Part shown: positions 8,767 to 18,515 of the stretch, piece after piece
How the letters are laid out: each line of letters opens with the position of its first letter
Numbering within the stretch: the stretch's first letter is position 1
NCBI GenBank assembly: GCA_964416155.1
Contig: CAYQCW010000004.1
Coordinates: 60,584 to 124,583 of the forward strand
Reading direction: 5' to 3'
Origin: an uncultured Nitrososphaerota archaeon
GTDB taxonomy: Archaea; Thermoproteota; EX4484-205; JAAOZP01
DNA: 64,000 nt
Made by a program: the position numbers and the translations under genes
Notes under the pieces: model-generated
What the model was told of the DNA's origin: nothing
Seen by the model: the letters and a program-made list of their open reading frames with translations, nothing else
Databases searched by the model: none

Positions 8767-9560
8767 GGAAAACATACTTTTTTCTAGTAATGGGGATTGG
8801 GACGCTTGCCTTTTTAATGCCCTTGTTAAGGCTTAAACCGTATGTCGCATTTTCGATTCAGCTCTTAGTCTACACGCTAATGCTGTCTCAGAGGAAGGAA
8901 GACGGTGCTGAAAACCTTTCGGAGACTGTTGACTTGACACTAGTAGGGAGGTTGGCGGATAACCCTGAAAACTTGAACTTTGAGGGTTCCGTTTTCAAAA
9001 CGCTGTCGGATTTAGGTTTTGAAACCGATTACCGTGGTCTCTTCGAAAAGGCTTTGCGCAGAAGCATAAATGGGCATCCGGTGGAGAAAACTTTAATCTC
9101 ACATTCCAGTGGGCTTGACCAAACAGGCAGGCTTCTAATCAGGCTTGTTTCAAGCCTTTTCACCAAGGATGCCATGTCAGCTAAAAAGATCCTGAAAAGC
9201 TATGTGATCCTACTCAGGGAAAACGAGAATTTGAAGAACGAGAGGAGAACTCTGTTTTCAGAAGCCAGGTTCAGGGCTAGAATAATGCTTATAGTAAGCG
9301 CCTCCTTGATGGGTTTCCTCTCGGCTGCAACTCCTGTTCTCAACGCTTTATCGGCTTTTTCAGCCACACCCGTTTTACAGAGTGATTCCTCGCTGCTTCT
9401 TTCTCTCATCCTATACGTTTTAAGCATCTCTATACTTGTCCACCGCTCCCTAGCCTTTAGAAACCTCGCTAAAACAATGCTTTTCTCAGCGTTAAGCTTC
9501 GCTGCTTCATTCCTAGTTTTCAACGGTATGATCAGCAGCTTCATGGTGCAAATCAACTGA
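8763..9560 (+). CDS. TadB/TadC-like pilus platform membrane protein
   Basis: T2SSF-like pattern (NGHPVEKTL...LKNERRTLFSEARFR) followed by TM helices. Confidence 0.7.
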   Translation: MRKTYFFLVMGIGTLAFLMPLLRLKPYVAFSIQLLVYTLMLSQRKEDGAENLSETVDLTLVGRLADNPENLNFEGSVFKTLSDLGFETDYRGLFEKALRRSINGHPVEKTLISHSSGLDQTGRLLIRLVSSLFTKDAMSAKKILKSYVILLRENENLKNERRTLFSEARFRARIMLIVSASLMGFLSAATPVLNALSAFSATPVLQSDSSLLLSLILYVLSISILVHRSLAFRNLAKTMLFSALSFAASFLVFNGMISSFMVQIN

Positions 9561-9606
9561 CGAAGCTATTGGCGCTTAAATTGTTTAGGAACACCGTAAT
9601 AGTGGG

Positions 9607-9810
9607 TTGAAGAGGATCTTGAAAACCAGGCTAAGGGGGTCGCAGCTCATAGAGGAGGGTCTGCTGATAGTGTTGGCTCTAGTCATGCTCGGAGCCGTCT
9701 TCGGGGTTTCAAAGCAAATCGTGGACAACATATCTGGGTTCTTCAACTCTCTAATAGAGGAAGTGGGCAACCTAGGTGAAAGCCTATTCGGCTGGCTGCT
9801 GCCTAAATAA
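9607..9810 (+). CDS. Flp-like major pilin with class III signal peptide
   Basis: MKRILKTRLRG|SQLIEEGLLIVLALVMLGAVF: basic leader, RG cleavage site, Glu at +5. Confidence 0.8.
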   Translation: MKRILKTRLRGSQLIEEGLLIVLALVMLGAVFGVSKQIVDNISGFFNSLIEEVGNLGESLFGWLLPK

Positions 9811-11669
9811 TGGCTGACGGCAGGAATAGAAAGCTGGATCCTACATACGTGGCCGTAATCATCATACTGCTGATAAGCATGCTGAAAAACTTTCCAGGTT
9901 TCCAGTTTTTTCTAAGCCTTCCCTCGCCAGGGGTTACCCTCTCCCTAATGATGCTTCTGCTCCCCGTAGCGCTTCTCCTGCTTTACAGGCGGCCGAGCCT
10001 AGTTGAACACTTGTCTTTCAGAGAAAACGAGGACTACTTCATCGCGGAAACAGGTTCGTCGCAGCTTGTAGTGGGGGCGGTTTCAATGCTTCCTGAGGAG
10101 GGATCTGGTGGAATCAAGGTTGGAGAGGAGAACTTCTATTTGAAGACCAAGAGCCTTGTCAACGGGCTTCTTAAAGCAGGCGTCTCAATAACGTTTGTGA
10201 CCCATATGCTTCCCTCGGGAAACCCTGATGAAGATGTTCTTCTCGCCCAGCTGCTCGTGGTCAGCAGGAAAATAGGGCGCGAAGGGGTTGATGAGGCGGT
10301 TAAGATGCTTGGGACAGATTTTGAAAAAGTAAAGTCTATCTACAACACTGTTTTCCCAGAGTTAAGACTCGTCAGGCTGAGAGGGGGTGAACTGTTTAAA
10401 TACTTGAGGAGGATCCTGGTGGATGATTCTTTTACTCGGCGAGTTGACGCCAGCAGCTCTGTCAAGCTTCTTACACCACATATGCCTGATGACGAGCTCT
10501 GTTTTCTCGCATCCCCCTACGGGCCCTCTGCCGATCGTGTTGAAACCAAGGAGACTATTAGCCTCGGGTCGATTGTTTTCAACGGTTCAAGCATCATCCC
10601 GCTTAGGCTTGAGGCAGACAAGTTTAAGAAGCATATGGCTGTCTACGGCTCAACAGGATCCGGTAAGACGACAACTGTAAAACATGTTTTAAGGGAGCTC
10701 GCTGAGCTCGGATACCCTTTTATGGTTTTAGACTGGCATAACGAGTATAGGCGTCTGACTGAGGAGCTTAACGGCATTGTTCTCACACCCGGTTCTTTCT
10801 CCCTGGACATACTTAACCCAGTTGAGGCTAACAGTCTGTCTGAGCACGTGGCTATAGTCACAGATATTTTCGACCAGATATACGGCTTCACCCCCTCCCA
10901 ATCATACATGTTTAGAGAAGTGCTTCTGCAAACGCTCACGGTGAAAGAGCTTGGAATTCCTGCTTCAAACTCTCTCAGGGGGCTTGTAGAAGCCTTGGAG
11001 AGATGGAGCATTAAATCGTTCTACGAGAACGAGACAAAGTTCGCACTTCTGAGAAGACTGAGGCCATTGGTAACTGGGCAGAGTAGAGAAATATTCTGCA
11101 ACACGAGTAAGCTGGTGAAAATCGGCGACATTATAGATAGGAACGTGGTTTTCGAGCTGGGAGACATTGTCGAAGTGGATATTCGTAAACTGGTTTCACT
11201 ATTCATCTTGGCGCTACTCTACGAGTTTAGGGTGAAAAACAAGAACGCCAGGAGCCACTTTACTGTTGTCGAGGAGGCGCACAACATTCTGCCGTATAGG
11301 AGGCGTGACTCACCGCCGGGGATTGCTGAAAAACTTTTCTTGGAGATGAGAAAGTTTAACGAGAGCCTTATACTTGTGTCACAGTTCCCATCCCAAATCT
11401 CCCCTGAAATAGTCAAGTCCACAAGCCTGAAAATATCCCACAGGATATGCGAGGGGGAGGAGTCAAGAGTTTTGACAGACATAATGGGTCTTTCACAGGG
11501 GGACTATGAGCTTCTAAAGAAGCAGACACCGGGATACGGCTTCTTAACGGCGGAGGGCTTTTCTAAACCTATGCTTTTCACCATAGGGCTTAACGGAAGA
11601 GGAAGCCCATTTTACTGGGATTCTTCAGAAGGAAGTCAACCCAGTCGACCACGTCGCCCCTACACCTGA
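9810..11669 (+). CDS. Membrane-anchored HerA/VirB4-like ATPase (DUF87)
   Basis: Two N-terminal TM helices; HMAVYGSTGSGKTT, LDWHNEY, VVEEAHN, EMRKF, VSQFPSQI. Confidence 0.85.
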   Translation: MADGRNRKLDPTYVAVIIILLISMLKNFPGFQFFLSLPSPGVTLSLMMLLLPVALLLLYRRPSLVEHLSFRENEDYFIAETGSSQLVVGAVSMLPEEGSGGIKVGEENFYLKTKSLVNGLLKAGVSITFVTHMLPSGNPDEDVLLAQLLVVSRKIGREGVDEAVKMLGTDFEKVKSIYNTVFPELRLVRLRGGELFKYLRRILVDDSFTRRVDASSSVKLLTPHMPDDELCFLASPYGPSADRVETKETISLGSIVFNGSSIIPLRLEADKFKKHMAVYGSTGSGKTTTVKHVLRELAELGYPFMVLDWHNEYRRLTEELNGIVLTPGSFSLDILNPVEANSLSEHVAIVTDIFDQIYGFTPSQSYMFREVLLQTLTVKELGIPASNSLRGLVEALERWSIKSFYENETKFALLRRLRPLVTGQSREIFCNTSKLVKIGDIIDRNVVFELGDIVEVDIRKLVSLFILALLYEFRVKNKNARSHFTVVEEAHNILPYRRRDSPPGIAEKLFLEMRKFNESLILVSQFPSQISPEIVKSTSLKISHRICEGEESRVLTDIMGLSQGDYELLKKQTPGYGFLTAEGFSKPMLFTIGLNGRGSPFYWDSSEGSQPSRPRRPYT

Positions 11670-12189
11670 ACCCTTCTCTGTAACACTCCATAAACCGGGT
11701 GTAGGTTTTTCCGACACTAATACCAGTAGTGTCCAGCTGCACGATTCTCTTCCCCTTTAAATGGAGCTTCGCCATCAGATAACAGTAGTCCGTAATCTCG
11801 GATTCAACGTTCCTCCTAGCCTTATCCTCACCATATCTCTTAACGCTCGTGAGCCTGCGCCAGAGAACATCTGGCCTACTTCTTAAGACTAGACAGTAGT
11901 CAACATGCTTCACCGGGGAAACCTCAGCAGCGTAATGTCCATCTATCAGGAGACGAACTCCTTCTCCGACGCTGTTTGAAACATGTTTTAACAGAGCCCT
12001 TTTCAAAATGTCCATGTCGACAATACTTGTTTCTAACGAATCATCATACCCAGTGATCGCGTTTACCTTAGCCGCAAACCTGCCGAGATCTAGGTGAACC
12101 CAGCCTTTATTCCTGCTGACAATGCGTCTACACAAAGAGGTCTTACCGGTTCCAGGAGTACCTGTTACCACTATTACCTTGCTCCTCAC
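11590..12189 (-). CDS. Atypical adenylate kinase (AK6/Fap7 family)
   Basis: VTGTPGTGKTS, IDGHY, NVESEI motifs. Confidence 0.9.
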   Translation of the reverse strand: MRSKVIVVTGTPGTGKTSLCRRIVSRNKGWVHLDLGRFAAKVNAITGYDDSLETSIVDMDILKRALLKHVSNSVGEGVRLLIDGHYAAEVSPVKHVDYCLVLRSRPDVLWRRLTSVKRYGEDKARRNVESEITDYCYLMAKLHLKGKRIVQLDTTGISVGKTYTRFMECYREGFRCRGDVVDWVDFLLKNPSKMGFLFR

Positions 12190-12285
12190 AACTTAGGCTG
12201 TGCACTCGGGTTATAAAAATTCATGGTTCTGAACCGTTTTTAAACAGCAAAAGATTTAACTCCCCCTCTGAAGAATGTTTCCCCA

Positions 12286-12360
12286 GCTCCGATGGTGTAG
12301 CCCGGTCAAGCATACGAGCCTCTCGAGCTCGGGGCCCGGGTTCAAATCCCGGTCGGAGCA
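12286..12360 (+). tRNA. tRNA-Glu(CTC)
   Basis: Acceptor GCTCCGA/TCGGAGC; CGAGC-CTCTCGA-GCTCG; GGTTCAAATCC. Confidence 0.95.
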
Positions 12361-12611
12361 TTTTAAATATTTCTTCTTTTATTTTTTAACTTGCAGACCG
12401 GCCATCCTTCACCTCTTTTGTCACGACTTGCCACTTAGGCTCAAGACCCTGTTTTCAAAGCATTTGAATTCGGATAAGGTAAGATACTTTAGAGCGTGAT
12501 CCTGCTATGAGGATGTGTTGGTGCGGCTTGACTGTTGTAAAGAGTGTTGCTGGCTATGAAAAACATATTAAAACAGTTCTTAACGTACGCCCACAAATCC
12601 GATGTAAAAAT

Positions 12612-12629
12612 TAGGATTTTTAAATCCTA
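12612..12629. promoter_or_regulatory. Inverted repeat TAGGATTT-TT-AAATCCTA, putative operator
   Basis: Perfect 8-bp arms about 105 bp upstream of the MFS gene. Confidence 0.4.
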
Positions 12630-12735
12630 CTGTTTTCAGCATCTATTCATTATTTTTTCAAGCCCCTGCTTCCGAGCGTTTTCGTAAGGTAGACTAGTAA
12701 AATTCAAATATGCTAGGAAACAGGAGTGGAGAAAA

Positions 12736-13914
12736 TTGAAATCTGGATCGAACCGCACATTGCTAACAATATCCGTAACCGGTGGGCTGGTATGGGCCTC
12801 ATTTGCACCCCTATCCATTCTGTTTGGTGTCTATCTAAGGTCCCTAGGTCTATCCTATGCTTCTATCGGCCTGCTTATGTCTGTCTCCAGCCTTCTCTCC
12901 CCCTTCCTCCAACCCTTGTTTGGCGCTGTTGCCGATAAATATCGGAACAGGAAAGTAATAGTTTCCATATCGCTCTTCTTCAGAAGCTTAGCCTACCTGC
13001 TGCTAATGCTGTCTACAGATGTTTTGGGCATGTCGATATGTTACGTTGCCGCCGGGTTATTTCTAGCAGGATTCATGCCGCTTGCCCAATCCATGGTTGC
13101 AGATCTCTCTGAAGACAATAGGCTTGGTGTCCATATGGGAAGATATAGATTGTTCGGATCCATAGGTTGGGCAGCTGCTTGCATTCTTACTGGTTTGCTT
13201 GCCAGAGACAACCTGTGGAACATTTTTCCACTCGCCTTAGCGTTCTCCACCATTTCCTTTCTGGTAAGTTTGTTTCTGCCAAGTGTCGAGGGAATGGACG
13301 GGAGTCACCACGGCATTACTCAGCGCAGAGTGTCCTCTCTTAAGCTTGCCGCTTGCTTCACGGCAAGCATCTTAATCTCGGGAGTAGGCATGGGAGCAAC
13401 ATCCTCCTTCCTTACTATTTCACTGTCGCAGCTGGGCAGCGATCCTTTTTTCATGAGTCTCGTGATCGCCATAGGGGCTCTTCTCGAAGTTCCTGCCATG
13501 TACTTAGGTGGTTGGCTATCCGATAGGATCGGGGGTCTTCCCGTCTTGGTTTTCGGAGAAGTAGGCCTAGGCATGGTTTACTGGCTCTACGGGACCGTAG
13601 AGAACCTCTACAGCTATCTGCTGATTCAGAGTGTTCGGGGGATTCTTTACGCCTTATACACGGTCTCAGGAATGTCGATTAGCTCAAGCCTTGGTGGAAG
13701 CGGGAGAAGGGGGCTTTACGCAGGTTTTTACAACCTCTCGTTTCAACTTGGAATGGCCTCCGGCCCCTATTTAGGGGGTTTGGTCTCAGATTACCGTGGA
13801 TTGTGGGCCATGTTCGCTCTGTCTTCAGCTTTATCATTGTTCTCTACAGTACTTCTCATGCCTTGGATGACGTTTTTCTTTAAAAGAAAAAATAGCCGGG
13901 ATTCCTTGAAGTGA
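12736..13914 (+). CDS. MFS transporter
   Basis: About 12 TM helices; GAVADKYRNRK and GWLSDRIGG motifs. Confidence 0.9.
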   Translation: MKSGSNRTLLTISVTGGLVWASFAPLSILFGVYLRSLGLSYASIGLLMSVSSLLSPFLQPLFGAVADKYRNRKVIVSISLFFRSLAYLLLMLSTDVLGMSICYVAAGLFLAGFMPLAQSMVADLSEDNRLGVHMGRYRLFGSIGWAAACILTGLLARDNLWNIFPLALAFSTISFLVSLFLPSVEGMDGSHHGITQRRVSSLKLAACFTASILISGVGMGATSSFLTISLSQLGSDPFFMSLVIAIGALLEVPAMYLGGWLSDRIGGLPVLVFGEVGLGMVYWLYGTVENLYSYLLIQSVRGILYALYTVSGMSISSSLGGSGRRGLYAGFYNLSFQLGMASGPYLGGLVSDYRGLWAMFALSSALSLFSTVLLMPWMTFFFKRKNSRDSLK

Positions 13915-13966
13915 ATTGTTAAGCGTTTAAAAAAGCTACACGTTTGAAAGGCTGTTTCGAGAAGCC

Positions 13967-15577
13967 TTAGCTTTTCTCCTCAGTCTTGGGTTTCACAGTC
14001 AGTATTACTTCGTCGACACCTATTATCGTCGTAGCCAGTTCCACGGCGGAAACCAGCCAGCTTTTAACGACAAGATATGGGTCGACTACTTTTCCGTCTA
14101 GATCGGCAACTTCTCTGCTGACAGCATCTATCCCATATCCTGAGCCATCTTTAGAATGCTTGCTGTTAAGCAGGGCCATCGTTGTCAGAGGCTTCATGCC
14201 AACGTTTGTGGCAAGGGTTCTTACAAGAGATTCGACGCTTTCGGCAAAAGCCTCGTATATCAGCCTATCCTCCTCAGACTGGTTCTCCGCGCTTCTTCTC
14301 AACGCGCGTCCTATCTCAAGTAGCTCCGCCCCGCCGCCAACAACGCATCTCGGATCCTTATACAGGCTTAGGACTGCTGAGAGCGCGTGCTTAAACTCTC
14401 TCTCATACTCCTTCAAAAGATCCTCGTTAACGCTTCTCAGCAGTACTGAAACGGCCTTAGGCTCGCGGCAGCCCTCTACGAAAACTATTTTCTCGTTTTC
14501 GAAAACCTCCTCTTTGACGATGTCTGCCCTGCCAAGCTTGTCCTCAGAAATATCCTCCGGGTCTGAAACGATCTTCCCGTAGGTTGCCCTCTCAAGTCTC
14601 TCCATGTCTGATCTTTTAACCCGTCTCACCGCAGTGATACTGTTTTTATAGAGGTATTGCTGCGCGAGCTCGTCTATGCCCTTCTGGCAGAAAACAACGT
14701 TGGCCCCAGACTTAACTATCCTGTCAACCCTTTCCCTTATCATTTCCTCCTCTTCCCTAATGAACCCGCGGAGCTCCTCAGTAGTCTTAACCTCTATTTC
14801 AGTCGATATCTCCGTCTTCTTAACCTCCAGAGCATAGTCTATCAGCGCGATCCTAGCGTCTTTAACCGTTTTACTCATGTTCGGGTGGACGACTTCCTTG
14901 TCGACTATAACACCGTTGACAAGCCTTGAGTCTAAAACCCCGTGTCCACGCTTCCTAACTATGCTCACCCAGTCTATGTCTGCGTAATACCCTCCATCCC
15001 TTTTTTCAACGATCCTTTCAGCGGTGCTCAGGACGATTTCAGCGATCCTCCTCCTCTCCTCCGGGGAAGAGAAGAAAGCGATCGCTGTTTCAGCGATCCT
15101 GTTCAAAGCCTCCCTGTCTGAAAAGTCAACCGGCTTAGCGTCCTTCTCGAGCTTTTCAAGAGCCTCGGTTAAAGCCTTGTTGAAGCCTCTAACTATTGAA
15201 ATCGGGCTTATTCCCTGCTTGTACAGGCTGTACGCGTTTCTAACCAGGTCGCAGGTTAAAAGTATTAGCGAAGTCGTGCCGTCTCCGATTTCCTTCTCAA
15301 GAGCCTTAGCCGCGTCTATTATTATCTTGCCAACTGGGTGTTCAATGTTCGCCTCGCTGAGAATAGTGACTCCGGTCTTAGTCACCGTGACGTCTCCGAC
15401 TGTGCCCACTAGGAGCTTGTTGAAGCCTCTTGGACCGTAGGCAGTTCTGACAACCTCGCCTATTACGAGCGACGCCACAATATTGTTTTCATAAGCCTCC
15501 TCCTTGCTTCTCCTCACGGTCGTTTCTTTAAGCACTATTGCTGGTCTACTCTGTCCATAGGCCATTTTTCGTATCAC
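13967..15577 (-). CDS. Thermosome (group II chaperonin) subunit
   Basis: GPRGFNK, EHPVGK, GDGTTS, DKEVVHP, QKGIDE motifs. Confidence 0.95.
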   Translation of the reverse strand: MIRKMAYGQSRPAIVLKETTVRRSKEEAYENNIVASLVIGEVVRTAYGPRGFNKLLVGTVGDVTVTKTGVTILSEANIEHPVGKIIIDAAKALEKEIGDGTTSLILLTCDLVRNAYSLYKQGISPISIVRGFNKALTEALEKLEKDAKPVDFSDREALNRIAETAIAFFSSPEERRRIAEIVLSTAERIVEKRDGGYYADIDWVSIVRKRGHGVLDSRLVNGVIVDKEVVHPNMSKTVKDARIALIDYALEVKKTEISTEIEVKTTEELRGFIREEEEMIRERVDRIVKSGANVVFCQKGIDELAQQYLYKNSITAVRRVKRSDMERLERATYGKIVSDPEDISEDKLGRADIVKEEVFENEKIVFVEGCREPKAVSVLLRSVNEDLLKEYEREFKHALSAVLSLYKDPRCVVGGGAELLEIGRALRRSAENQSEEDRLIYEAFAESVESLVRTLATNVGMKPLTTMALLNSKHSKDGSGYGIDAVSREVADLDGKVVDPYLVVKSWLVSAVELATTIIGVDEVILTVKPKTEEKS

Positions 15578-15664
15578 CTCGATACTCCCTCTTTAAAAAG
15601 ACTTTTTAAAAGCTTTTCCCGGGAGACAATATTTATTAGGTCATGGGTCTTCTTCCCCCCGAGT

Positions 15665-15892
15665 TTGGGAAAGATCTATGACAGCCGGGTTAAGGGGGTT
15701 GCGAGGATGCTGCTGCTTAAATACGGTGATCTCTTCAGCAACGATTATTATGTGAACAAGCAGGTTTTGAGGAAGATAGCGGTTTTCCGGTCTAAGAAGC
15801 TTTTGAACAGGGTTGCCGGATATATTACGTCGGTTAAATCCTCTGAGGGAGGAAAACAACAGGAGGAGGTGATTGAGGTTGGAGAAGAGTGA
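15665..15892 (+). CDS. rps17e: 30S ribosomal protein S17e
   Basis: MGKI...KY...F..DY..NK...SKKLLNRVAGYIT. Confidence 0.92.
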   Translation: MGKIYDSRVKGVARMLLLKYGDLFSNDYYVNKQVLRKIAVFRSKKLLNRVAGYITSVKSSEGGKQQEEVIEVGEE

Positions 15893-16256
15893 TTTCCCAA
15901 TCTTCCTGTCTGTCCTCGACTACGGCTGGTTGAAGAGGGCTCTGAGGGAGGCCGAAGCCTATCTCAAGGAGTCTAAGAAGGCTTCTCCGCCTTTGAAACT
16001 CATATACGCAAGAATGTCAATCCTTTCAAGCAGAATGTTTGTAACAATGCTTTTCCCGCCGATGAGCAAGTATGAAAGCGCTAACGTCAGCGAGGAAGCT
16101 TTAAACCCTGTTGAGTATAGGCTTAGAAGCCTATACGACAAGGCTCTTGAAAAAGTTGAAAAAATACAGCTTTCAGAGGAGGAGGCCGTGGAGATAAGCG
16201 ATTTCCTGTATAATCTTTCCTCCACAATCCTCGAACAGATTTTAAGAAAAAACTAG
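15873..16256 (+). CDS. Hypothetical helical protein
   Basis: ORF overlapping the end of rps17e, with RBS GGAGGTGA. Confidence 0.6.
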   Translation: MRLEKSDFPIFLSVLDYGWLKRALREAEAYLKESKKASPPLKLIYARMSILSSRMFVTMLFPPMSKYESANVSEEALNPVEYRLRSLYDKALEKVEKIQLSEEEAVEISDFLYNLSSTILEQILRKN

Positions 16257-16350
16257 TTAGATTAGATAACAATGTGCTTTTCAGGTTTAAATAGTTCTTT
16301 GAACATTGTTTTTCGAATGATGTGAACTGACCTGCTCTGAGAGAATGTCT

Positions 16351-16974
16351 CTATGAAGACCATGCACCTCTCTGAGGTTTCTCAACCATGTTTAAAATGG
16401 AGAGTCTTTTCAAGTAGCTGTCGACGATCATGGGCGGCAGCCCAATGTCTATTAGCATATCTCTGAATTCATCAATGGTTTTATCGCCTTCCTTAAGGTT
16501 CTTCTGAGCAAGGCTTCTAACAGTTTCACCAATCTCGTGGGGGAAAATAATCCATTTCTCTGTCTTCTTGACGTAGTAGTCCGGCTTAAAAGTGCTCCAA
16601 GGCTTGTAGTAGACGGTTGCAACCCTAACCTCGCGAGCACCCTTGCCTTCGAGATGCCTGCGAACTATCTCTAGGCTTCTACCTGTGTCTGCAACATCAT
16701 CAACAACCAGTACCTTCTTCCCGTTAACGTCAACGTTAACATCCTGCAGTATCCTTGGCTCACGGCCTGTTTTTTCGACATCCTCGTAGAAGGCAACCCT
16801 TATGATGCCTATTTCAGGTTTTTCAAACTCGTCCGAAAAAATCCTGAGCGGGACCAGTCCTCCTCTTGAGACTCCGATCATCACTTCCGGCATATATCCG
16901 GATTTCAAAACTTTCTCAACGAGTTCTAGGGTAAGCTGGTAGAAATGCTCCCAGCTTATTACTTCGAACTCCAT
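16351..16974 (-). CDS. Purine phosphoribosyltransferase (Gpt/HGPRT-like)
   Basis: SRGGL and VLVVDDVADTGRSL PRPP-binding motif, WIIFPHE. Confidence 0.9.
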   Translation of the reverse strand: MEFEVISWEHFYQLTLELVEKVLKSGYMPEVMIGVSRGGLVPLRIFSDEFEKPEIGIIRVAFYEDVEKTGREPRILQDVNVDVNGKKVLVVDDVADTGRSLEIVRRHLEGKGAREVRVATVYYKPWSTFKPDYYVKKTEKWIIFPHEIGETVRSLAQKNLKEGDKTIDEFRDMLIDIGLPPMIVDSYLKRLSILNMVEKPQRGAWSS

Positions 16975-17040
16975 TCCGGCTTTAACACTTAAATGCTATA
17001 AAATAAATGTTTTTATCCGGTTTCACGGCCAAATATCCTG

Positions 17041-17580
17041 TTGGAACCCGTTCGAAGCATAGATTCACTGGGCACGTGCTTCACGCTTCTATTGGTTGAC
17101 AGCCTCCCGGAAGAATGGGTTAGTATAGCAGCTGAGTTAAAGAAGAATAGGAGGGTTTTCATTCAGTTTTTCAACCCGGCCTGCCTAGTGAGCGAACTAA
17201 TACCTTTCCTAGTCTACAATGTTCATCAAGCTTTCAAACATGGGTATAACGTGCTTAGGGGTTTTGAGCAGGAGCTTCTAGTGGCGCTTTACGGAAAGAG
17301 GAGCTTCCAAGAGGCGTTATCCACGCTTGGAGCACCAGTTTCGCAGCGGGCAGCTATACTAGTGGTTTCAGAGGATGTTGCAGTTTTAAAGGAGGCGGTT
17401 ACTGCTTTAAATGAAGAGTTTTCGAGGAGAGGGCTGTCTGTTGAACCTTTCAGGGATGATGAGCGGTTGTTCACATCCTTCTGGAGCAGCCTGCTTTCCA
17501 AGGGTCTTAACGTTGAAGCCTTAAAGTATTCCGAAGTGCTTAAGCTTGTCAAGGAAAGGATAGCACTCCTATACGTTTAA
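17041..17580 (+). CDS. cgi121: KEOPS complex subunit Cgi121-like
   Basis: IQFFNP...AFKHGYN...EQELLVALYGKRSFQEALSTLG...VKERIALL. Confidence 0.75.
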   Translation: MEPVRSIDSLGTCFTLLLVDSLPEEWVSIAAELKKNRRVFIQFFNPACLVSELIPFLVYNVHQAFKHGYNVLRGFEQELLVALYGKRSFQEALSTLGAPVSQRAAILVVSEDVAVLKEAVTALNEEFSRRGLSVEPFRDDERLFTSFWSSLLSKGLNVEALKYSEVLKLVKERIALLYV

Positions 17581-17712
17581 AACAGGCGTGTGGAAGAAGG
17601 CGGCTTATAGAAATCATGCTTTGAACGTCTTTGAGGCTTTCCTGGAAGCCCAGACGGTTTAAGCAGAGGCTAGCAAGATTAAAATACTAGTTTTCATGCA
17701 TAAGAAACAGCC

Positions 17713-18438
17713 TTGGAGGCACCGGAAATAGTAGTGGACGTTAAAGAGGTCACTAAGAATTATGTTCTTAGGAGCGGTGTGGTGAAGGCTTTAAAGGGGA
17801 TTGACCTACAGGTGAAGAGAGGCGAGTACGTGGTTGTAATGGGCCCCTCTGGAAGCGGTAAGACGACGTTGTTCAACATGATCGGCGGCCTAGATAAGCC
17901 TACGAGCGGAAGCGTCTCCATAGATAGTATAAACCTGGCGCAGATGAATGACCGGCAGCTCGCATGGGTTAGAAGCAGGAAAATAGGCTACATATTTCAA
18001 ACATTCAACCTGATACCGGTGCTCTCAGCCCAAGATAATGTTGCGCTGTCAATGGTCTTCCTCGGGATAAGCAAGGAGGAGAGGCGTAAGAAGGCTGCTG
18101 AGCTTCTTAGCCTAGTCGGCTTGGGAGACAGGCTTAGCCATAGGCCGCAGGAGCTTTCCGGCGGACAGCAACAGAGGGTCGCGATCGCAAGAGCGTTGGC
18201 GAACAATCCTTCTATAATACTTGCAGACGAGCCTACGGGTAACCTCGACCTCTCCACGGGGCTTTCAATAGTCCAGCTGCTGTACAGGCTTAAGGTGGAG
18301 AGAAACACTACTGTGATATGTGCTACTCACGACCTTAAAATGGTGGACGTGTCGGATAGGCTGGCATGGCTTAGGGACGGAGTTATAGAGAGGATTGAGG
18401 AAAGGACGACGGTAACCCTGACCGCAGGAGAAATGTAG
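17713..18438 (+). CDS. ABC transporter ATP-binding protein (LolD/MacB-like), no adjacent permease
   Basis: GPSGSGKTT, LSGGQQQRV, ILADEPTGNLD. Confidence 0.92.
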   Translation: MEAPEIVVDVKEVTKNYVLRSGVVKALKGIDLQVKRGEYVVVMGPSGSGKTTLFNMIGGLDKPTSGSVSIDSINLAQMNDRQLAWVRSRKIGYIFQTFNLIPVLSAQDNVALSMVFLGISKEERRKKAAELLSLVGLGDRLSHRPQELSGGQQQRVAIARALANNPSIILADEPTGNLDLSTGLSIVQLLYRLKVERNTTVICATHDLKMVDVSDRLAWLRDGVIERIEERTTVTLTAGEM

Positions 18439-18515
18439 ATTGGGAAGCATGCTTCACAGTTTTTAACCAAGGGATATGTTTTTATACTGCTTTTCAAAGT
18501 TTCTTCCGACCCAAA

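Noticed and set aside
9810-11669. HerA as part of a nurA-herA-mre11-rad50 repair operon or a defence system
   Set aside because: No NurA, Mre11, Rad50 or SIR2 neighbour; it has TM anchors and is coupled to a pilin gene.
12275-12499. 74-aa ORF (and likewise 22399-22593)
   Set aside because: Each overlaps a tRNA gene; spurious.
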